From assembly GCA_033549405.1 (NCBI GenBank), contig JAWSUP010000002.1:1-33466 (forward strand): a stretch of DNA of 33,466 bases, written 5' to 3'. Each line of letters starts with the position of its first letter. Position 1 is the first letter of the stretch. This DNA comes from Bacillota bacterium. GTDB taxonomy: Bacteria; Bacillota; Clostridia; Saccharofermentanales; UBA5734. Positions 27,951-33,466 of this stretch are shown piece after piece. The notes under the pieces were generated by a model, which did not search any database, was not told the origin of the DNA, and worked only from the letters and a program-made list of their open reading frames with translations. The position numbers and the translations under genes are program-made.

Positions 27951-28183
27951 ATCGATCTTGACTGCCTCCTGTCATTGCCCGGAACTGTGTCTTGTTTTAC
28001 AGACACCAACGGCACCGGCTGAGCGGGGTGTCTGCTTCTATTGTAGGAAACAGGCCTGCAGAACACAACAGCCGAACGGACGGGTGAGTGAAAACCGGAA
28101 CGATTTAACCACACTGTAACCAGTCTGTAACTTAACTTTCCCAGAGGCCAGGACTCTATCCCACACTGAGCATTCAAGACCGT

Positions 28184-28453
28184 TCAGGACTGACCATCAC
28201 CATCCTTCATGATCTCATATAGATCAGCAGCTTCTTCCTTGCGGACCGTTTCACGGATGTTCAGAATTCTGAGGCGCGTATGGCCGGAGCCAAAACCGAT
28301 GTCCAGAATATCACCAGTATTCACTTCTGCGCCGGGCTTTGCCGCCCGGCCATTGACAAGGACGCGCCCGGCAGCGCAGATTTCATTGGCCACCGTTCGC
28401 CTTTTAATGATGCGGGAAACCTTAAGGAATTTATCGAGTCTCATCTTTGTCAC
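28184..28453 (-). CDS. yabO: S4-domain RNA-binding protein (YabO/Hsp15-like)
   Basis: MRLDKFLKVSRIIKRRTVANEICAAGRVLVNGRAAKPG is a canonical S4 domain. The start is either the GTG at 28453 (overlapping the mazG stop) or the ATG at 28444. Confidence 0.85.
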   Translation of the reverse strand: MTKMRLDKFLKVSRIIKRRTVANEICAAGRVLVNGRAAKPGAEVNTGDILDIGFGSGHTRLRILNIRETVRKEEAADLYEIMKDGDGQS

Positions 28454-29319
28454 CTGCCTTGTTTGACCTGATCCCAGAAAGCGTCAAGCTGTTCCAGTGT
28501 CATTTTTTCCATCTCGCCGCCTTGTATCTGAACCAGTTTTTCGACCGCTGCAAACCGTTGGATAAACTTTTCAGTCGCCTTGTCCAGGGCCATCTCCGGC
28601 TGCACCTTCAAGTGGCGTGCATAATTGACAACCGAGAACAGCAAATCCCCCAGCTCATCTTCCAGCTTCTCCTGCTGCGCTTTATCCTGCTGCGCTTTAT
28701 TCTGGTTCTGCTGTAAAGCCATAACGACAGCATTGAGCTCTGTGAGCTCTTCGTTGATCTTGCGGAGCGGACCATCTTCATCTGGCCAGTCAAATCCGAC
28801 CTGAGCCGCTTTTTGCTGAACTTTGTAGCTGCGTTGCAGTGCCGGCAATGAACGTGGCACATCAACCAGAACCTGAGTCTGGTTCTCCAGCCCTTTCTCC
28901 CGACGCTTGTTCTTCTCCCAGTTGTCGATGACCGCATCGGGCGTTGCAGCCTGATCGGAACCGAACAGATGTGTATGGCGCGAGATCAGTTTGTTGCAGA
29001 TACCCGTCACAACGGCATCAAAATCGAACTGGCCGGCTTCGGCTGCCATCTGGGCATGAAAGACGACTTGCATCAGCACATCACCCAATTCATCACACAG
29101 ACGATCCGGGCGGTCGCTTTCAATGGCGTCAATCGTTTCGTACGCCTCTTCGAGCAGATTCTGGCGCAAACTGGTATGTGTCTGTGCGCGATCCCAGGGA
29201 CAACCCTTGTCGCTGCGTAAAAAAGCCATCAGTGTCAGCAGTTCTTCCAGGGAAAACCTTTCTTTAGGTCTGAACGATTCTGCAGGCGGCAGTTTACTGT
29301 TATCCTGTTTGTGTACCAT
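28450..29319 (-). CDS. mazG: Nucleoside triphosphate pyrophosphohydrolase MazG (tandem MazG domains)
   Basis: 289 aa with two MazG-type EExxE/ELGDxL motifs (LLEEAYETIDAI...ELGDVLMQV and INEELTELNAV...ELGDLLFSV). It also carries the motif CPWDRAQTHTSL. Confidence 0.9.
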   Translation of the reverse strand: MVHKQDNSKLPPAESFRPKERFSLEELLTLMAFLRSDKGCPWDRAQTHTSLRQNLLEEAYETIDAIESDRPDRLCDELGDVLMQVVFHAQMAAEAGQFDFDAVVTGICNKLISRHTHLFGSDQAATPDAVIDNWEKNKRREKGLENQTQVLVDVPRSLPALQRSYKVQQKAAQVGFDWPDEDGPLRKINEELTELNAVVMALQQNQNKAQQDKAQQEKLEDELGDLLFSVVNYARHLKVQPEMALDKATEKFIQRFAAVEKLVQIQGGEMEKMTLEQLDAFWDQVKQGR

Positions 29320-29380
29320 CTCAACCTCATCATGTTTCTTCTCTAACTCTTTAAGCCTCTATCGTATCCTGAAAGGCTGC

Positions 29381-29737
29381 TTAATCGATCCAGCGAATCT
29401 GGAACCGTTCGAATTGGATCGGATCCATAAATTGATCAGCAAAGAAAATCGTCTGATGAAAGCGGGCAAATTCCCGCGTGTTTTTTTCCATCCAGAGCGG
29501 CAACGGGATCTCGAGCGTGTGGCAAAGTGCGACCAGACAACGCTCAAGGCGCAGAGAAAAGCGCTGGTCGGTGTCAGGCTGCTCAATCGTAAAGGATTGC
29601 AGCAACAAGTTGGCGCGAAAGACTTTTCCCTCCAGTTTCATCGTTCCGATTCCCTCAATTTCATCTGCTTGACTCCATTCATATCCCCATGATTCGCTTA
29701 ACATATTATTCACGAATAGACCATGATCCCGATACAT
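29381..29737 (-). CDS. Hypothetical protein (86-118 aa)
   Basis: Open frame with no motif I recognise. The only start with an RBS (GAGGGA) is Met33 at 29641, which would give 86 aa. It lies between the rhaB terminator and mazG. Confidence 0.45.
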   Translation of the reverse strand: MYRDHGLFVNNMLSESWGYEWSQADEIEGIGTMKLEGKVFRANLLLQSFTIEQPDTDQRFSLRLERCLVALCHTLEIPLPLWMEKNTREFARFHQTIFFADQFMDPIQFERFQIRWID

Positions 29738-29798
29738 TTATCTGCTATTCTGAAATCACTTCAGAGAAGCATCCCCTTACTTCATAACCCCCCTCCTT

Positions 29799-29831
29799 AA
29801 AATACCGGCGGTCCCCCCCGCCGGTATTTCT
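29799..29831. terminator. GC-rich bidirectional hairpin terminator downstream of rhaB
   Basis: AAATACCGGCGG-(6 nt)-CCGCCGGTATTT, a 12-bp stem with T/A-rich flanks on both sides, about 40 nt after the rhaB stop. Confidence 0.65.
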
Positions 29832-29869
29832 TTGTGGGAGAGCTGTCACGGGATGTGTTGCCCAATGAT

Positions 29870-31351
29870 TTACTTCAGTTGGGGGTAAATCCCGCGATAT
29901 TGCGTCAGGGCTTGCGCCCACACCGCCTGGTCGGCTGGCTGGTAATGCTTGAGGTCGAACGAGTTGGCGATTACCCGGCGGGCATCGGGCAGATCTTTGA
30001 GTGCGCCCTGGGCCAGCAGCTGTACAGCCATATTACCCAGAGCCGTCGCTTCAATCGGTCCGGCGATCACGCGGCTGCCGGTCGCATTGGCCGTGAACTG
30101 GGACAATAAACCATCTTTGGTTCCGCCGCCGACTACATGTAGTGCCGGGAAGCGCTTGCCTGTTACAGTTTCAATCTGGTCTTTGGTCACCCGGTATTTC
30201 AGAGCCAGGCTTTCATAGATGCAGCGAACCACTTCGCCCCGCTTTTCCGGAACCGGCTGACCGGTCTCGCGGCAGAGGGATCGGATCCGCTGCGGCATGT
30301 CTCCCGGGAAACCGAGGCTTTCTTCGTCCGGATCGATCAGGCAACGAAACGGCTCACAATCGAGCGCCTCCCGCTCCAGATCAGCATAACTGACGGTCGC
30401 ACCTTCCCTGATCCACTGCCGCCGTGATTCCTGGATCAGCCACAGGCCCATAATGTTCTTCAGGAACCGGGTGGTCCGGTTAAATCCGCCTTCATTGGTG
30501 AAGTTGAAGCCATATGTCTGGTCATCGATCAGCGGCTTCGGGCTCTCAATGCCCATCAGCGACCAGGTGCCGCTGCTGATATAGACAAAATCGTCCTGAA
30601 CAGCCGGGACAGCGACCACTGCAGAAGCAGTGTCGTGTGATGTAACTGCTACGGTCGGAATCGGATCAATGCCGAGTTCCTCGCAGATCTGTTGCGAGAG
30701 CGTATCAGTCATTCGTCCAGGATGGACAATCGGGCACAACAGGTTCATGGGCAGACCGAGCCGTTCGATCAGCGCGCGATCCCAGTCGCCCGTCCAGGGA
30801 TTGACCATCTGGCCGGTCGACGCGATCGTGAATTCAGCCTGGCGCCTGCCTGTCAGCAGATACAGAAACAAGTCCGGCATCAAGAGGAGGCAATCCGCGC
30901 GTTGCAGCAGTTCCGGCCGTTTCAGTTTTAGGGCATAAAGCTGGTACAGCGTGTTGAAATGCATAAACTGGGTGCCGGTTCTCTGGTACAGCTCGCTTCT
31001 TGGGATCTCCCGGAATACTTCATCCATGATCCCGGCCGTCCGGGTATCCCTGTAATGAACAGGATTCTCCAGAATGCGTCCATCTTTGTCGAGCAGGCCG
31101 AAATCGACGCCCCAGGTGTCGATGCCGATACTGTCGATCTGGCCACAGGTCTTGGACTTGATCAGGCCTTGTTTGATCTCGTGGAAAAGGCGCAAGACAT
31201 CCCAGTATAGCGTATCGCCGACCTGAACCGGGTCGTTGGGAAAACGATGGATCTCCTCCAGATCGATGCGGTCACCGTCAAATCGGCCGAGCATCGCCCT
31301 GCCGCTGGATGCGCCAAAATCGAAGGCGAGCAATTGCTTTTTCAAAGACAT
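29870..31351 (-). CDS. rhaB: Rhamnulokinase (FGGY carbohydrate kinase family)
   Basis: 493 aa with the N-terminal FGGY motif LAFDFGASSGRAM, plus GIDTWGVDFGLLD and the C-terminal HVVGGGTKDGLLSQFTANATG. It is adjacent to rhaA and a rhamnulose-1-P aldolase-type gene. Confidence 0.88.
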   Translation of the reverse strand: MSLKKQLLAFDFGASSGRAMLGRFDGDRIDLEEIHRFPNDPVQVGDTLYWDVLRLFHEIKQGLIKSKTCGQIDSIGIDTWGVDFGLLDKDGRILENPVHYRDTRTAGIMDEVFREIPRSELYQRTGTQFMHFNTLYQLYALKLKRPELLQRADCLLLMPDLFLYLLTGRRQAEFTIASTGQMVNPWTGDWDRALIERLGLPMNLLCPIVHPGRMTDTLSQQICEELGIDPIPTVAVTSHDTASAVVAVPAVQDDFVYISSGTWSLMGIESPKPLIDDQTYGFNFTNEGGFNRTTRFLKNIMGLWLIQESRRQWIREGATVSYADLEREALDCEPFRCLIDPDEESLGFPGDMPQRIRSLCRETGQPVPEKRGEVVRCIYESLALKYRVTKDQIETVTGKRFPALHVVGGGTKDGLLSQFTANATGSRVIAGPIEATALGNMAVQLLAQGALKDLPDARRVIANSFDLKHYQPADQAVWAQALTQYRGIYPQLK

Positions 31352-31408
31352 GTCAGACCTCCCTGTATGAAGTCCCCGGACGTCCTGCCGCGAATACCGG
31401 CTGTTCGT

Positions 31409-32548
31409 TCACCGGGCTGTGATTGTTTTGCGGTACTGTTCGCTTTCCCAGTTGCTGATAAACTGCCTGCCGGCTTCGCTCATGGTGCAGATGGTCCGGC
31501 TGGCCTGGCGGATCGTTCGTGTGATGAAGAGGATCGCACAAAGTGTCTCTTCGATCGTCTGTGCCTCATTCTTACCACAGCGGTAAAATACCTCTCCGGT
31601 CCGACGGAAGATCGTGCAGGTGTCCTTGAGGCTGTTGAGCCCCGCCGCACCGTTTTCGCGCACTTCAGCCAGGGTCCCTTCGGCAACGCCCAGCTTGCCG
31701 CCGAGGAATACCAACTGGTCCGGATAAAGTGCCTGTTCGGTAAAGAAGTCGAGGTCCCATGCCTGATCCAGCAGCCGGTCACGCAGCCAGGCAGTGTCCG
31801 AAATAAAAGTCTGGCCGTCTGCCGGGTCAGCGGCCGGTCTTACTGCAATTTTCGGCCAATCGGCTGCCGAGACGCCGTAGGCCGCTGCCAGCTTTTCGTT
31901 GACCTGGTCGTGCAGAAGAAGACACCCGTCAGCATCGTCGCCGGTCACGATGAAACCATGGTTTTGCATAAATAAAATCCCGGGCTTTTCACCGGTCTCT
32001 TTTTTCTTATCTTCTATCGCTTCGAGCAGGGCAAAAGTCAACTGGGCGCCTGGATTGATATAGGGTACAAAGGCATGTCCGACACCCTGGTCGGCCAGGG
32101 CAGATGCCGCCACTTCCCGCCCTTCGGCAGAACAGGTCACCAGGTTGGCATAGATGGCATGCGTGTGCAGCACATAAGTGTCAAGAAGCGAATGGAAACC
32201 GGCTTCGACAGATGGGCGCAACGCAGGGAGGCCCTCTACTGTCAAAGTGGCCGTTTTTGCCTGTGCCGATCCGGCTTGTTCGATGTCGGCAAGGCCGGCC
32301 GGATCCGTCTGCTGGTAAAACTGCCTGAGCGCCTGGTAATCCAGGACCGCGTAAGCCTGGTCCATGTCGATCTGGTCAAGACGGTATCCTGAAGCCTTGA
32401 TGGCCATCAATGAATCATCGACTTTACAGGAAGTGTTGCCGCCTCCGCCCTGCACATAGTCGGATCGGCTCCCGGCCTTTTTTGACATACGGACAAAGCC
32501 GCTCAGACGCTGTTTGTATTGTTCGCTGAAAGGGACTGTGTTAGCCAT
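31409..32548 (-). CDS. Class II aldolase-domain protein resembling the N-terminal (RhaE, rhamnulose-1-phosphate aldolase) half of Bacillus YuxG/RhaEW
   Basis: 379 aa. Blocks alignable from memory to the YuxG N-domain are GGGGNTSCK, IKASGYRL, RPSVEAGFHSLL..HTHAIY, FVPYINPGAQL, LFMQNHGFIVTG and ALYPDQLVF. There is no short-chain dehydrogenase half. Confidence 0.7.
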   Translation of the reverse strand: MANTVPFSEQYKQRLSGFVRMSKKAGSRSDYVQGGGGNTSCKVDDSLMAIKASGYRLDQIDMDQAYAVLDYQALRQFYQQTDPAGLADIEQAGSAQAKTATLTVEGLPALRPSVEAGFHSLLDTYVLHTHAIYANLVTCSAEGREVAASALADQGVGHAFVPYINPGAQLTFALLEAIEDKKKETGEKPGILFMQNHGFIVTGDDADGCLLLHDQVNEKLAAAYGVSAADWPKIAVRPAADPADGQTFISDTAWLRDRLLDQAWDLDFFTEQALYPDQLVFLGGKLGVAEGTLAEVRENGAAGLNSLKDTCTIFRRTGEVFYRCGKNEAQTIEETLCAILFITRTIRQASRTICTMSEAGRQFISNWESEQYRKTITAR

Positions 32549-32627
32549 TGTTCAACTCCTTATTCGACACCTGTCCTTATCCGGCTTCAGTGTCGTGCTG
32601 GCTGCCATTCAGGCTGTCATGCTGTTA

Positions 32628-33466
32628 TCAGATCCTGCCGCGCAAAACTGCATCTTCATACGCATGCACGACCGGCAGCCAGTCAGATCCAACCGGCACG
32701 CCTTCATTCTGGCAGTACTGATTCCAGACAGCGGCATAGGGCAGAGTCCGCGCCTCTTCCATCAGGGCAAGTCGATCGGTGTAATTGCCGTCCTGTTCAG
32801 CTTTTTTCAGCATCTCTGTCGGTTCAAGCAGTGCGGCCAGCAATGCTTTTTGGGCTGCGCGAATGCCGATGACCCAGGCGGCGATGCGGTTGATGCTGCC
32901 GTCAAAGAAATCTGTGGCGATGAACACGCGGCCGAATCCGCCGGCCCGCTTGATTTCCCGCATGACATCGAAGACGTTTTCATCGGAGATCACGACATGG
33001 TCGCTGTCCCACTTGACACCGCGGCTGACATGGATCAGCAGCTTCTGGTTAAACAATAGCAGTGAGGAAATCTTGTCAGCGATCGTTTCGGTCGGATGGA
33101 AATGACCCATGTCCAGTGTCAGCATCAGGTTATCGCAGCCATTGGCGCGGGCATGAGCCACATAGCCCATGTAGAATTCATGTGATCCGACTGTATAACT
33201 TTCGACCCCAACACCGAACAGCTTGCACTCGACTGCGTCAAGCAGTACTTCAGCAGGGAAGCTCTCTGCCAGGATCTCATCGAGCGAATCGCGCAGCAGA
33301 CGGCGGTAGAACTGCCGGTCGGCCGGCATGTCTTTCATGCCATCCGGGACCCAGATGTTGTTGACGACCGGTTTACCCAGCTGCCTGCCGATGTCGGCAG
33401 CGATCCGGCGGCTGGCGATACAGTGGTTGATCCAGAAACGGCGGATCTTGTCGTCAGGATGGGCGA
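32628..33466 (-). CDS. rhaA: L-rhamnose isomerase (partial; the N-terminus lies beyond the right edge)
   Basis: The frame stays open to the window edge: upstream of the tracked Met it reads AHPDDKIRRFWINHCIASRRIAADIGRQLGKPVVNNIWVPDGMKD, which is RhaA-like. The metal-site region LDMGHFHPTE and KWDSDHVV is present. Confidence 0.88.
   Translation of the reverse strand, partial: AHPDDKIRRFWINHCIASRRIAADIGRQLGKPVVNNIWVPDGMKDMPADRQFYRRLLRDSLDEILAESFPAEVLLDAVECKLFGVGVESYTVGSHEFYMGYVAHARANGCDNLMLTLDMGHFHPTETIADKISSLLLFNQKLLIHVSRGVKWDSDHVVISDENVFDVMREIKRAGGFGRVFIATDFFDGSINRIAAWVIGIRAAQKALLAALLEPTEMLKKAEQDGNYTDRLALMEEARTLPYAAVWNQYCQNEGVPVGSDWLPVVHAYEDAVLRGRI

Noticed and set aside
27914-28177. An 87-aa minus-strand ORF that fills the yabO-divIC spacer.
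   Set aside because: It has an Arg/Ser/Pro/Val-rich, non-protein-like composition and no RBS. It overlaps the divIC start out of frame. I treat the region as non-coding (see the spacer finding).
29777-29798. A perfect RBS followed by a start-stop mini-ORF (AAGGAGGGGGGTT-ATG-AAG-TAA) on the minus strand, right after the rhaB terminator.
   Set aside because: A two-codon ORF next to a G-rich terminator loop flank is most likely fortuitous. I have no way to support a regulatory role from sequence alone.
1-33466. I looked for CRISPR arrays, long tandem or inverted repeats, IS ends, integrase or recombinase genes, tRNA genes as integration sites, and defence or toxin-antitoxin gene pairs.
   Set aside because: Nothing of the kind is visible by eye. 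All intergenic regions are short (<290 nt) and are explained by promoters, terminators, leaders or the SRP RNA. A computational repeat scan and a tRNAscan would be needed to be exhaustive.

Overview
This is a housekeeping chromosomal segment of the type usually found near the origin, from a Gram-positive genome that looks Firmicutes/Clostridia-like and moderately GC-rich by eye. 28 of the 30 protein genes I can support lie on the minus strand. Read right to left in the transcription direction, the content is as follows. First comes a rhamnose catabolic cluster: rhaA (partial, runs off the right edge), a stand-alone RhaE-type class II aldolase and rhaB. Then come a small hypothetical gene, mazG, an S4-domain yabO-like gene and ftsB/divIC. 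Next is a five-gene Opp/Dpp-type peptide ABC transporter with unusually large components, followed by a small predicted membrane protein, the SRP RNA, dnaX, recR and a YitT-family membrane protein. The only two plus-strand genes sit here: fhs and a membrane-anchored serine hydrolase with a class-A beta-lactamase fold. The minus strand then continues with veg, ispE, a CapA-like exported metallophosphatase and the classic rpmH-rnpA-yidD-yidC-jag-mnmE-mnmG-rsmG block. The window ends with gyrA and an rRNA operon promoter and leader, whose 16S gene seems to begin at the left edge. I see no transposase, integrase, phage, CRISPR, toxin-antitoxin or recognisable defence genes, and I cannot honestly point to a convincing novel multi-gene system. 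The observations most worth a second look are these: (1) an A7 slippery run in dnaX just after domain III, with a UGA two codons into the -1 frame, arranged like the E. coli tau/gamma site; (2) the atypical Opp-like transporter, with an 835-aa binding protein, a permease carrying a ~290-aa extracytoplasmic insertion and an ATPase with a basic N-terminal extension; (3) scrambled origin-type synteny: rpmH without dnaA/oriC, gyrA without gyrB and fused behind rsmG, dnaX abutting recR without ybaB; (4) a 233-nt structured, repeat-containing non-coding gap where yabP/yabQ sit in Bacillus. Coordinates of features I derived by hand (promoters, hairpins, RNAs, revised starts) may be off by 1-2 nt.
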